From Streptosporangiaceae bacterium (GTDB lineage Bacteria > Actinomycetota > Actinomycetes > Streptosporangiales > Streptosporangiaceae), in contig DASQVO010000066.1 in the NCBI GenBank assembly GCA_035640715.1, forward strand, positions 1-47,531: a stretch of DNA of 47,531 nt. Reading direction: 5' to 3'. How positions within the stretch are numbered: the first letter of the stretch is position 1; each line of letters starts with the position of its first letter. This document shows positions 18,951-28,429 of this stretch, piece after piece. The notes beneath the pieces were generated by a model that saw only the letters and a list, made by a program, of their open reading frames with translations, was not told where the DNA came from and did not search any database. The position numbers and the translations under genes are program-made.

Positions 18951-19386
18951 TTAGCCGTTCTTGCCTGGGCGATCGGTGAGGTCGTCGATGATCAGGCCGA
19001 GGGCGATGCCCATCATCCACGAGTCCTTGGCGAGCGCGATGCCCTGCTCCGTCGGGAACGGGGTACCTTCCCGGCGCATGCCGGGCGTTTTGGCGTACAG
19101 GCCGAGCAGGCCGCCGGAGAACGCTGCCAGGCCCGCGCCGGCCAGGGCGGACGGCACGAACGGGATTAGCAGCGCCGAGCCCAGCGTGATCTCGGCGGCC
19201 GCGAGGAGCTTCGCGAAGTCCTTCGGCTTCAGCTTTTTCAGGAACGGGTACGTGCCTGCCGCGAATCCGTGCAGCTGTGCGGCGGTCTCCTCGTCCGCGG
19301 ACAGCTTGCCCACACCGGAGTTGAGGAAGAACGCGCCCGTCGCCATCCGCGCCGGCAGATGGCTTGCCTTCACCAAAAGTCTCATG
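18951..19386 (-). CDS. Small integral membrane protein (DoxX-like topology; family not assigned)
   Basis: ATG at 19386 after AGGAGCG. 144 aa with hydrophobic segments GAFFLNSGVGKL, LLAAAEITLGSALLIPFV and GLAAFSGGLLGLY. Confidence 0.6.
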
Positions 19387-19480
19387 TTCTCGCTCCTATC
19401 GCTACGGAAAGTCAGGTTCCATTGTTTCCCACCGCCCCGGCACCCCGTCCCGGGGGACCATGGTGCTGCCCTGTCTCCCC

Positions 19481-19600
19481 GCTCGCTCATGCTCTGTCTC
19501 CCCGCTCGCCTCCGGGGCGCCTTGACGCGCCGCCTTCCCTCGTCGCTCGTACCTCGCTCCTCAGTCCAGGCGGCACGGCGCCCCTGCGGCTCGCTCATGC
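19481..19600 (-). repeat. Stop/start-junction mini-ORF hairpin element, copy A
   Basis: About 94% identical to 38174-38290. On the minus strand it begins GCATGAGCGAGCCGCAGGGGCGC, with its ATG overlapping the TGA of 19595-20839, and it is bounded by the direct repeat GCATGAGCGAGC. Confidence 0.7.
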
Positions 19601-20839
19601 CTGCAGCAGGGCGGCGGCGTGCCGCCCGGCCGCCGCGGCCGCGAGGAAGTAGACGCGGTCCTCGTCCAGGCCCCTGCCCATCGTGGACAGCGGTGCCGGG
19701 CACCGGCGCAGCGCCTCATCAAGGCCGTCGAGCTCGACCCGGACCAGCGAATGCCGCCTCCCGAGCGGCTCCGCCTCCGCCGCGACCCGCGCGCCGAACT
19801 CGCCGGGCAGGGCAGGCACCACGACGTCCGCCCGCGCGAGCGCCACCCGGCCATAGGAGGTGAGGCTGTGATGCGACACGCCGCGATGGCGCTCGCGCGG
19901 GTCCGCCTCGCTGACCCGCAGCGCCGCCACCGGGCGGCCGGCCAGGGCGGCGACCGCGTTGACCGCCTCGCCGGCCGCCACGCCGGAGAAGCCCCACGTC
20001 GTGCCCGTGCCCAGGTTGCCGGGCCCCTGTGCCACGACGGCCACGTCCGCCCCGAGCACATGCCGGGCCGCGAGCAGCCCGGTGTGCAGGGTCACCGCCT
20101 CGAGATCGCCGCCGAACGCCTGCCCGGCGGTGACCGTCCCGGCCAGCCACCCGGCCTCCCGCAGCGCCGCGCAGGTCCGGGAGAACCAGGCCGGCAATGC
20201 CCCGCCGTCCGTCATCACGTACACCACGCGCGGGCGGCGTCCGGGGCCGCCGGGGTCTGGGCCACGGAGGTCCAGGGGCATCCCCTGGGAAGGCGCCGTC
20301 CCAGGCGGCAGGGTATCTTCGCGGGCGTGCGGGCACTCCCCGCGCCTTCGTTCAGTATCGGCATAGAGTCCCGCCAGCACGGCCGGGAGAGCGGAGTGCA
20401 GGTCGGCCACCACGACCGGCATTCCCCCGATGCTGTCCGCACTGCGCAGCGTGTCGTGGTGCGGCGACCCCTGCTCATCGGCGCCCAGTACCACGGCCTG
20501 CAGCGGCGTGTAGCGGGCCTTGACCAGGTGCCCGGGCCCGGACCGGTCCGGTGGCAGCCTGTCGGGAACCGCGACGACCAGCGCGTACCCGCCGGTGCCG
20601 AGTCCCAGGTCAAGCGCGGTCGTGTTGAGCAGCACCCGGTCGCCTGGCTCCGGCCGTCCGGTCAGCTCCGGGTAGGCGAGCGCGCGCACAGGCAGGGCGG
20701 ATGCTTCCTGGCCGCCGGCCGCGCCGTGGCGCGCCGCCGCAGGCCCCCCGGGGGGCCCGGATATCGTCACGTCCAGTTCCACTGCGCCGGGCCACTCCCG
20801 CCGGATGCGGGATACCGTGCCGTTCCGCCACGTGATCAC
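19595..20839 (-). CDS. Conserved hypothetical protein, DUF3866-like
   Basis: 414 aa. The blocks LGTGGYALVV, GHLVKARYTPLQ, VYVMTDGGALP and PGNLGTGTTWGFSG recall the DUF3866 family (assigned from memory, not searched). Coding-type third-position G+C bias. Confidence 0.6.
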   Translation of the reverse strand: MITWRNGTVSRIRREWPGAVELDVTISGPPGGPAAARHGAAGGQEASALPVRALAYPELTGRPEPGDRVLLNTTALDLGLGTGGYALVVAVPDRLPPDRSGPGHLVKARYTPLQAVVLGADEQGSPHHDTLRSADSIGGMPVVVADLHSALPAVLAGLYADTERRRGECPHAREDTLPPGTAPSQGMPLDLRGPDPGGPGRRPRVVYVMTDGGALPAWFSRTCAALREAGWLAGTVTAGQAFGGDLEAVTLHTGLLAARHVLGADVAVVAQGPGNLGTGTTWGFSGVAAGEAVNAVAALAGRPVAALRVSEADPRERHRGVSHHSLTSYGRVALARADVVVPALPGEFGARVAAEAEPLGRRHSLVRVELDGLDEALRRCPAPLSTMGRGLDEDRVYFLAAAAAGRHAAALLQA

Positions 20840-20950
20840 TCCGGCAGGTTAACCTCATCACTCCGGCGGGGTAGCCGGGCGCGCGGATTATGCACCCGCA
20901 CCCGGCCGCGGTGGGCGAGAATATATCCGGACCGGGGAGGAGGGGTGCCG

Positions 20951-21931
20951 ATGTCGAGGCGCAAGACCGAGCGGCTGCTGAGCCTTGTGGTCTGCCTGCT
21001 CTCCACCAGGCGCTACCTCACCGCGGAGCAGATCCGCCAGGCTGTGGCCGGCTACCCGGACCAGCCGGAGGCCTTCAAACGGATGTTCGAGCGCGACAAG
21101 GAGGAACTCCGCGAGCTCGGGATACCCCTGGAGACCGGAGCCATCAGCCCGCTCGACGAGGACGTGACGGGCTACCGGGTGCAGCGGCAGGCGTATGAGC
21201 TGCCCGAGCTGCGGCTGGAACCCGACGAGGCCGCCGTGCTCGGCCTGGCCGCGCGGGTGTGGCGGCACGCCGAGCTTGCCGGGGCCGCGGCGGGGGCGCT
21301 GCTGAAGCTCCGGGCCGCCGGCATCGATACCGACGATCCGGACGGCACCGCACGGCAGGGCATCGAGCCGCGGGTGCATACCACCGAGCCGGCGTTCGGC
21401 CCGCTCTGGGAGGCGGTGCGCGACCGCAGGCCGGTGACCTTCAGCTACCGGGCGGCGGGACGCAGCGATCCGGCCAGGCGCGAGCTGGAGCCGTGGGGAG
21501 TGGTCAACCGGCACGGCCGCTGGTATGTGGCCGGCTGGGACCGGGGCCGGGATGCGGTCCGCGTGTTCCGGCTCAGCCGCATCGAAGGGGCCGTCCGGTT
21601 CTCCGGCCCGCCCGGCAGCGTCACCGTGCCGGCGGGCACGGACGTGCGCGAGGTGGTGCGCAGCTGGGACTCGGTCCCGCCGCGTGAGCACACCGCCGTC
21701 CTGCGGCTGCGGCACGGCGCGGGCTACGGCCTGCGGCGTTATGCGACCGGCCGGCAGGCCGCGGCGGAGGCCCCGGACGCAGCGGTCGGCTGGGACACGA
21801 TCACCGTGCCGTTTTCCGATATCGGCTGGTTCGCCGACCATGTCGCCTCCTTCGGCGCGGACGTCGTGGTCATCGACCCGCCCGACCTGCGGGACGCGGT
21901 GATCAGGAGGCTCAAGGGGGCCCTCGCATGA
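20951..21931 (+). CDS. pafB: PafB, HTH/WYL-domain transcriptional regulator
   Basis: MSRRKTERLLSLVVCLLSTRRYLTAEQIR...FERDKEELRELGIPLE, followed by a WYL-type region (GRWYVAGWD). RBS GGGGAGGAGGGG. Stop overlaps the pafC start. Confidence 0.9.
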   Translation: MSRRKTERLLSLVVCLLSTRRYLTAEQIRQAVAGYPDQPEAFKRMFERDKEELRELGIPLETGAISPLDEDVTGYRVQRQAYELPELRLEPDEAAVLGLAARVWRHAELAGAAAGALLKLRAAGIDTDDPDGTARQGIEPRVHTTEPAFGPLWEAVRDRRPVTFSYRAAGRSDPARRELEPWGVVNRHGRWYVAGWDRGRDAVRVFRLSRIEGAVRFSGPPGSVTVPAGTDVREVVRSWDSVPPREHTAVLRLRHGAGYGLRRYATGRQAAAEAPDAAVGWDTITVPFSDIGWFADHVASFGADVVVIDPPDLRDAVIRRLKGALA

Positions 21932-22920
21932 GCGAGCCAAAGGGGCGCGGTGCCGGCCACGCCGCTACCTCGGCCGAGCGGCTCCAGCGGCTGCTCGCCC
22001 TGGTGCCGTACGTCGTCAGCAGAAAGGCCGTCGGCCTGGCCGATACCGCGGCCGCGTTCGGGCTCAGCGAGCGCGAGCTGGTCGACGACCTGAACATGCT
22101 CTGGTGCGTCGAGCTGCGCGATCCGGACCCCTACTGCCCGATCGACCTGTCGTATGAGGGCGGCGAGATCGTGATCAGTCAGGCCGAGTCGATCGGGCGC
22201 CCGCTACGGCTTGCCGTCGACGAGGCCAGCGCGCTGCTCGTCGCGCTGCGGATGCTCGCGGAGGTGCCGGGCCTTGAGGACCGGTCCGCGCTCAGCCGGG
22301 TCATCGCGAAGCTCGAGGCGGCGGCCGGCGAGGCCGCCGGGCCCAGCGCCCAGGTGGCCGTGCAGGTTGACCGGCCGCACGGGGACGGGGTGATCGGCCA
22401 CGTCCGGGAGGCGCTCGACCGGCGGCGGCGGGTGCACCTGCGCTACTACGTGCCCGGCCGGGACGAGGCAACCGAGCGCGACGTGGACCCGATGCGCCTC
22501 CTCGTCGTCGAGGGCCGGGCCTACCTTGAGGGCTGGTGCCGGCGCGCCGACGGGGTACGGCTGTTCCGGCTGGACCGGATCCTCGGCATCGACGTGCTCG
22601 ACGTGCCCGCCTCGGTGCCGGGCATCGCACGCCCCGTCGACGTCGACCAGGGGCTGTTCCGGCCGTCACCCGGCGACGTGCATGTCGTGCTTGAGGTGTC
22701 GGCGGCCGGGCGCTGGGTCGCCGAATACTACCCGTGTGAATCGGTGGAGGAACTCGGTGACGGGTGGCTGCGTGTCCGGCTCCGCACGCCGGACACGCAG
22801 TGGGTGCGGCGGCTGGCACTGCGCCTCGGCGAGGACGGCCGCGTCACCGCGCCCGGGGATCTCCGGGCACGGGTACGCGAAGACGCCGCGGCGGCGCTGG
22901 CCCGCTACGCGAGCGGCTGA
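21928..22920 (+). CDS. pafC: PafC, HTH/WYL-domain transcriptional regulator
   Basis: ERLQRLLALVPYV...LSERELVDDLNMLW..., then WYL-like RVHLRYY...RDVDPMRLLVVEGRAYLEGWC. ATGA overlap with pafB. Confidence 0.9.
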   Translation: MSEPKGRGAGHAATSAERLQRLLALVPYVVSRKAVGLADTAAAFGLSERELVDDLNMLWCVELRDPDPYCPIDLSYEGGEIVISQAESIGRPLRLAVDEASALLVALRMLAEVPGLEDRSALSRVIAKLEAAAGEAAGPSAQVAVQVDRPHGDGVIGHVREALDRRRRVHLRYYVPGRDEATERDVDPMRLLVVEGRAYLEGWCRRADGVRLFRLDRILGIDVLDVPASVPGIARPVDVDQGLFRPSPGDVHVVLEVSAAGRWVAEYYPCESVEELGDGWLRVRLRTPDTQWVRRLALRLGEDGRVTAPGDLRARVREDAAAALARYASG

Positions 22921-23774
22921 TCCGTCTCGCCGGGTCCCCTGGGCTCCGCCAGGCCGAGGTCACCCATGATCGCCTCGGCGGCGCCGGCCGGATCCTCGGC
23001 CGGATGCGAGCGGTACCGGTTCCACAGAAACCGCCACCCCGTGGACGTCGAGATGACCCAGATCGAGGCGTCCCCGATCCGGAGGTACGGCAGGAACGGG
23101 TATTTCTGCCGCCACCTCAGTTCAAGTTCACAGCCGGCCATGGCGCCGGCGGCATCGGTGATGGCCCTCGAGAGCACATGGAGATGCCCGGCCTGCGACT
23201 CCGTGTTCGTGTCGTTCTCAACAGCCCCCCCGCCCGCACCTGGCGCCCGCTGGCCGGACCGGGGCGGGGCGGGGCGCTGGGCCGGCACGAGAAGCGGCGA
23301 GCGGCCGCCAGATAGCCGGCCGTTGCGCTTCCGGCCAGGGGCGAGCAGGCCGGCCGCGGTGGCACGGGCCGCACGGCTGCCCGGCGCGGCGGTGCGGCCG
23401 CCGATCGGCACGACCGTGGCGGGCCCGGCGGCGCCGTTCAGCACCTGCGTGACGTCCGGGGAGTTCAGTACCGCCTCGACCTGCGCTGCCGGGTACCTGC
23501 GGGCGTCGGGCCCGTCGGGACCGATGGGCTGCAATATCCCCCGCGCCGCGAGATCAGTGAGCTCCTGCAGGCTGACACCCAGAACGGCGGCCGCTTCGCG
23601 GGCCGTGAGCCGCGGGCTGCGCGCAGCCGGGGCACTAGTGCGGGCCGACGTGTCGCCGCGGTGCCCGCGATCGTCGCCCGATCCCTGATCACGATGTGGG
23701 ATCTCCTGCGCCCTGCCTGGTGCCCAGTATCGCCGTTGAACCTCGCCCTCAGGCGTCATCTGGATGCGCCGCAC
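22905..23774 (-). CDS. Hypothetical protein with an N-terminal excisionase/MerR-like HTH
   Basis: [26 protein letters not shown] helix-turn-helix. The C-terminal part ([39 protein letters not shown]) has strong G/C third-position bias. The 3' end overlaps pafC by 16 nt, convergently. Confidence 0.55.
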   Translation of the reverse strand: MRRIQMTPEGEVQRRYWAPGRAQEIPHRDQGSGDDRGHRGDTSARTSAPAARSPRLTAREAAAVLGVSLQELTDLAARGILQPIGPDGPDARRYPAAQVEAVLNSPDVTQVLNGAAGPATVVPIGGRTAAPGSRAARATAAGLLAPGRKRNGRLSGGRSPLLVPAQRPAPPRSGQRAPGAGGGAVENDTNTESQAGHLHVLSRAITDAAGAMAGCELELRWRQKYPFLPYLRIGDASIWVISTSTGWRFLWNRYRSHPAEDPAGAAEAIMGDLGLAEPRGPGETDQPLA

Positions 23775-23997
23775 TGGTCGCTACCTGCTTCCCATAGCAA
23801 AATGGACAAAACGGAGGATCACCCATATACAGCGCCGTAGGCGGCTCAGGCGTCACAGCAGACGGCCGTCACAAAAGTTCACAAATCCGCAAGCAGCCTG
23901 GGGCGTCGGGGGCTGCTGTTCGGGGGATCTGCCGTGTAGACTCACGTCTGAAAAGCCCGATTGCGGGGGGGCAGCATCCCCGCCAAAGAGGACGGAC

Positions 23998-24330
23998 ATG
24001 ATTGGCGACCTGTTTGACAGTCCGTGGAAGATCCTTATTGTCGCCGTGGTGCTCATCGTGCTCTTCGGCTCCACGAAGCTCCCGACCGCGGCCAGGTCAC
24101 TGGGCCGGTCGATGCGCATCCTCAAGTCCGAGGTGCAGGGTCTGCACGGTGACGACGCCGAGCCCGAGCCAGCTCCACCGGCGCGGGCCGAAGCGCAGCC
24201 CACGGCGCAGCAGCAGATCACGGCGGCGCAGCAGCAGACGGCGCAGCAGCAGATCGATGACCTTCAGCAGCAGCTCAGCAAGCTGAAGGGGGCCTCCGCC
24301 GGGGACCAGCGGACTCAGCAGCCAAGCTGA
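23998..24330 (+). CDS. tatA: Sec-independent translocase TatA/E
   Basis: [43 protein letters not shown] is the canonical TatA TM plus amphipathic helix. Gln-rich tail. Confidence 0.9.
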   Translation: MIGDLFDSPWKILIVAVVLIVLFGSTKLPTAARSLGRSMRILKSEVQGLHGDDAEPEPAPPARAEAQPTAQQQITAAQQQTAQQQIDDLQQQLSKLKGASAGDQRTQQPS

Positions 24331-24356
24331 GCCGGCGGAATTCGGGGAAACCTGAT

Positions 24357-25280
24357 ATGCCGAAGCTGGCTGACACGGTGCTAGGCGCCCGCGTGGTCGG
24401 CAGCCGCATGCTCCGGGCGTCGCGCAGGCCCGATCCAGAAGGCCGGATGCCGCTCATGGAGCACATCCGTGAGCTGCGCAACCGGATCGTCAAGGCGGCT
24501 CTCGCGCTTGCCGTGGGCATGGCGGTCGGGCTCATCTACTTCGATCAGGCCTGGAAATTCATCACCCACCCGTTCTGCTCGGCCACCATCCGCGGTCTTA
24601 GCGGCTGTGGCAAGCCTGGTGACCAGCTCGTCGTCACGGGGGTCCTCGACCCCTTCATGCTGCACGTCAAGATTGCCTTCTTCGTCGGGCTGATCATCTC
24701 CTCGCCGATCTGGCTCTACCAGATCTGGGCCTTCCTCGCCCCCGGCCTCTACCGGCGCGAAAAGCGCTGGGCTTACGCGTTCGTGGGCGCGGCGGTCCCG
24801 CTCTTCGCGGCCGGGGCCGTGCTCGCCTACCTGGTGATGAGCCGGGGGCTGCACTACCTGCTCGGGCTCACCCCGTCGGGTGTCCTTAACCTGCCCAGCA
24901 TCAACACCTACCTCAACTACTTCCAGGCGATGATCCTCGGCTTCGGCATAGCCTTCGAGCTGCCGCTCGCCCTGGTGATGCTCAACCTCGCCCATGTCCT
25001 CACCCACGCGCGGTTCGCGAAGTGGCGCCGCCTGATGATCTTCGCCGCTTTCCTCTTCGCGGGCATCGCGAATCCGAGCCCGGACCCGATCAGCATGCTG
25101 CTGCTCGCGGTTCCCTGCGTGGTGCTCGTGGAGGTGGCCGAGGTGATCATATGGGCGAACGATCGCAGGCGCGCCCGCATCCCGGATCCGTATGCCGGCC
25201 TTGCGGACGACGAGGTCTCGCCGCTGGATGTGGGCGAAGCCGCCGAGACCGATCCAGGCGACCGCAGCAGCCTGAATTAA
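24357..25280 (+). CDS. tatC: Sec-independent translocase TatC
   Basis: MPLMEHIRELRNRIVK... and six hydrophobic spans. The start is uncertain (24357 or an internal Met). Confidence 0.9.
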   Translation: MPKLADTVLGARVVGSRMLRASRRPDPEGRMPLMEHIRELRNRIVKAALALAVGMAVGLIYFDQAWKFITHPFCSATIRGLSGCGKPGDQLVVTGVLDPFMLHVKIAFFVGLIISSPIWLYQIWAFLAPGLYRREKRWAYAFVGAAVPLFAAGAVLAYLVMSRGLHYLLGLTPSGVLNLPSINTYLNYFQAMILGFGIAFELPLALVMLNLAHVLTHARFAKWRRLMIFAAFLFAGIANPSPDPISMLLLAVPCVVLVEVAEVIIWANDRRRARIPDPYAGLADDEVSPLDVGEAAETDPGDRSSLN

Positions 25281-25378
25281 TCGGAGCTTCGCTCCGCCTG
25301 TCCGTGATGCTGGCCAAGCGGTGGTGCTTGTGGTCCCGGGTGGCTACAGCGACAGCCGGTTCCGCCTAGGCTGGATCT

Positions 25379-28363
25379 ATGGCCCCTGCGCTCGGCCGGG
25401 TGGACAACAGCTCCCCGGAACCTCACGCAAGGACCCCGGCGCAGCGCTACGCGGCATTCCGGGAGCGGACATCGGATCCGGAACTCGCCAGCTTCCGGGC
25501 GCTCTACGACTTCGAATTCGATGACTTCCAGCTTGAGGCGTGCCGCGCGCTGGGCGCGGGCGACGGTGTGCTCGTCGCCGCGCCGACGGGCTCCGGTAAG
25601 ACGGTGGTCGGAGAGTTCGCCGTCCACCTGGCCCTCGCCCAGGGCCTTAAATGCTTCTACACGACGCCGATCAAGGCGCTGTCGAACCAGAAGTATGCCG
25701 ACCTGGTCCGCAGGTACGACAGCCAGACGGTAGGGCTGCTCACCGGTGACAACAGCATCAACGGCGAGGCGCCCGTGGTGGTGATGACCACCGAGGTCCT
25801 GCGGAACATGCTCTACGCGGGGTCGGTCACCCTGAGCGGTCTCGGCTACGTTGTGCTCGATGAGGTGCACTACCTTGCCGACCGGGCCCGTGGCGCCGTC
25901 TGGGAGGAAGTGATCATCCACCTGCCCGAATCTGTGCGGGTGGTGGCGCTGTCGGCGACGGTGAGCAACGCCGAGGAGTTCGGCGACTGGCTGGACCGGC
26001 TGCGCGGGGGCGTCACGGTCATCGTGGACGAGCACCGGCCGGTGCCGCTGTGGCAGCACATGATGATGGGGCACCGGCTGTACGACCTGTTCACGGACCC
26101 GGCTAACACCCGCGTCAACCCCGAACTGCTGCGCATCGCCCAGCGCGACCGGTGGGCGGAACAGCGGACCGCGGCCGGAGCCATCCGCGGACGCGGCCGC
26201 GGGGGCGGTCGCGGCCGGGGCGGAGGGCCCGGTGGTGCCTTCCGCGGCGGTCAGCGCCAGGGCAGGTCCAGGCCCCCCTACCGGCCGGAGGTCATCTCCA
26301 GCCTTGACGCCGCCGGCCTGCTGCCGGCGATCGAGTTCATCTTCAGCCGGGCAGGCTGCGACGCGGCGGTGCTCCAGTGCCTGAACGCCGGCCTCCAGCT
26401 CACCCAGCCAGATGAGGCCGTCGCGATCACCGAGCTGGTTGAGAGCCGCACCGCGGACATCCCCGACACCGATCTCGCCGTGCTCGGCTACGGGGAATGG
26501 CTTACCGGTCTGCAGCGGGGGATTGCCGCGCATCACGCGGGCATGCTCCCCACGTTCAAGGAGGTCGTCGAGGAACTGTTCTCCTCGGGACTCGTCCGCG
26601 TGGTGTTCGCTACCGAGACGCTGGCGCTGGGCATCAACATGCCTGCCAGGACCGTGGTCATCGAGAAGCTGGACAAGTGGAACGGCGAGACGCACGCCGA
26701 GCTGACGCCAGGGGAGTACACCCAGCTGACCGGCCGGGCGGGCCGCCGTGGCATCGACGTGGAGGGGCACGCGGTCGTCCTGTGGCAGCCCGGGATCGAC
26801 CCTGGCGCGGTCGCCGGGCTTGCCGGGACCCGGACCTACCCGCTCAACTCCAGCTTCCGGCCCTCCTACAACATGGCGGTCAACTTGACCGGCCGTGTCG
26901 GGCGTGCCAAGGCCGCCACCTTGCTGGAATCCTCCTTCGCCCAGTTCCAGGCGGACCGCGGCGTGGTCGGGCTGGCGCGGCAGGTGCGGCGTAACCAGCA
27001 GGCGATGGAGGAGCTCAGGGCAAAGATGGCCTGCGATGCCGGTGACTTCGCCGCTTACGCCGATATCCGCAGGCAGCTCTCCGAACTTGAGAGTGATCTT
27101 GCCCGGCGGCGTGCGATGGCCCGGCGCGCCGAGGCAGCACGGTCGCTGGAGGAGCTGCGCCGCGGCGACATCATCCGGGTGCCCGGCGGCCGGCGGGCCG
27201 GGATGGCTGTCGTCCTGGAGCCCGGGCCGGGACCCTACCGTGCACCAGACCGCGGCGGACGGGGTCCCGCACAGGCCGGCCGTGGCGGCGCGAATCGTGG
27301 CTCGCGAGCCAACGTGTCCGGCGGGGACACGTCCCGCGCTGCCGCGCTGGCCGGGCACGGGCCGCTGGTGCTCACCGCTAACCGCCAGGTCAAACGCCTC
27401 TCCCTGGCTGACTTTCCGGTGCCGGTCGAGGCGATCGACCGGGTCCGTATCCCTGCCTCGTTCAGCGTGCGCTCGCCGCAGCACCGGCGCGATCTCGCCG
27501 CGACGGTGCGCAACCGGCTGGCCGGGCGGGACATCGGCGGCCCGCGGCGGGTGGCCGACTGGAGCGACGACCGGAAGCCGGCCGCCGGGGGTTCCGGGCG
27601 GGCCGAGCCCCGGGACGCCCCCGGCCGGGAGATCGCGGCGCTGCGGCGCCGGCTGCGCCGGCATCCTTGCCATAGCTGCCCGGACCGGGAGGAGCACGCC
27701 AGGTACGCCGAGCGGTATATGCGGCTGCGCCAGGAAACCGAAGCCCTGGAGCGCAGGATCGCTGGCCGCTCGCACGTCATCGCGCGCACCTTCGACCGTG
27801 TCTGCGCGGTGCTGGAACGCCTCGGCTACCTGGACGGAGACACCGTCACCACGGAGGGACGGCGGCTGGCCGGGCTGTACACCGAGCTTGACCTGCTCGC
27901 GGCCGAGTGCCTGCGCCGCGGATACTGGGACGGCCTGGAGCCGCGCGAACTCGCAGCGTGCGTGTCGGCGCTTTCATTCGAATCGCGCCTGGATGATGCG
28001 GGTGCGCCGCGGCTGCCACCCGGCCGGGTTCGCGAGGTGCTCGGGCAGATGGTCCGGGCCTGGGGCGAGCTGGACGAACTGGAAAAGGACAACGGGGTCT
28101 CGTTCCTGCGCGAGCCGGATCTCGGCTTCGCCTGGGCGTCGCATGAGTGGGCCTCCGGTGCCCGGCTCGAGGACGTGCTCGAGGTCGCCGGCCTTACCCC
28201 CGGCGATTTCGTCCGCGCGGTAAAGCAGCTCATCGACCTGCTGGACCAGATAGCCGGCGCTGCCGGGCCCGGCCAGCCGGGGGAGAAGCTCTCCGCCAAT
28301 GCCCGCGCCGCCATCACCGCGATCCGCCGTGGCGTCGTCGCCTACTCCACCGTCACCGATTAG
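25379..28363 (+). CDS. helY: Ski2-like DEAD/DEAH-box RNA helicase HelY
   Basis: AAPTGSGKT Walker A, LDEVHYL DExH box, SATVSN, HHAGMLP, C-terminal DSHCT-like region. Sits in the conserved position after tatC. Confidence 0.9.
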   Translation: MAPALGRVDNSSPEPHARTPAQRYAAFRERTSDPELASFRALYDFEFDDFQLEACRALGAGDGVLVAAPTGSGKTVVGEFAVHLALAQGLKCFYTTPIKALSNQKYADLVRRYDSQTVGLLTGDNSINGEAPVVVMTTEVLRNMLYAGSVTLSGLGYVVLDEVHYLADRARGAVWEEVIIHLPESVRVVALSATVSNAEEFGDWLDRLRGGVTVIVDEHRPVPLWQHMMMGHRLYDLFTDPANTRVNPELLRIAQRDRWAEQRTAAGAIRGRGRGGGRGRGGGPGGAFRGGQRQGRSRPPYRPEVISSLDAAGLLPAIEFIFSRAGCDAAVLQCLNAGLQLTQPDEAVAITELVESRTADIPDTDLAVLGYGEWLTGLQRGIAAHHAGMLPTFKEVVEELFSSGLVRVVFATETLALGINMPARTVVIEKLDKWNGETHAELTPGEYTQLTGRAGRRGIDVEGHAVVLWQPGIDPGAVAGLAGTRTYPLNSSFRPSYNMAVNLTGRVGRAKAATLLESSFAQFQADRGVVGLARQVRRNQQAMEELRAKMACDAGDFAAYADIRRQLSELESDLARRRAMARRAEAARSLEELRRGDIIRVPGGRRAGMAVVLEPGPGPYRAPDRGGRGPAQAGRGGANRGSRANVSGGDTSRAAALAGHGPLVLTANRQVKRLSLADFPVPVEAIDRVRIPASFSVRSPQHRRDLAATVRNRLAGRDIGGPRRVADWSDDRKPAAGGSGRAEPRDAPGREIAALRRRLRRHPCHSCPDREEHARYAERYMRLRQETEALERRIAGRSHVIARTFDRVCAVLERLGYLDGDTVTTEGRRLAGLYTELDLLAAECLRRGYWDGLEPRELAACVSALSFESRLDDAGAPRLPPGRVREVLGQMVRAWGELDELEKDNGVSFLREPDLGFAWASHEWASGARLEDVLEVAGLTPGDFVRAVKQLIDLLDQIAGAAGPGQPGEKLSANARAAITAIRRGVVAYSTVTD

Positions 28364-28429
28364 CCCCGTGAGGTTTATCCGGCTCAGGATCAGAGAAGTC
28401 TGGGCCACTACGCCCTCGTTCGGTGGAGG

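Noticed and set aside
19619-20950. The 5' two-thirds of the 770-aa plus-strand ORF 19619-21931
   Set aside because: Only the last 326 codons (from ATG 20951, which has a strong RBS) are PafB. The upstream part is antisense to the DUF3866-like gene and looks non-coding.
24180-24300. The Gln-rich repeat ([24 protein letters not shown]) in the tatA tail as a distinct feature
   Set aside because: This is a low-complexity C-terminal extension of TatA. Such tails vary widely, and there is no independent signal.
25277-27775. 832-aa minus-strand ORF opposite helY
   Set aside because: Antisense shadow of an unmistakable DExH helicase gene.
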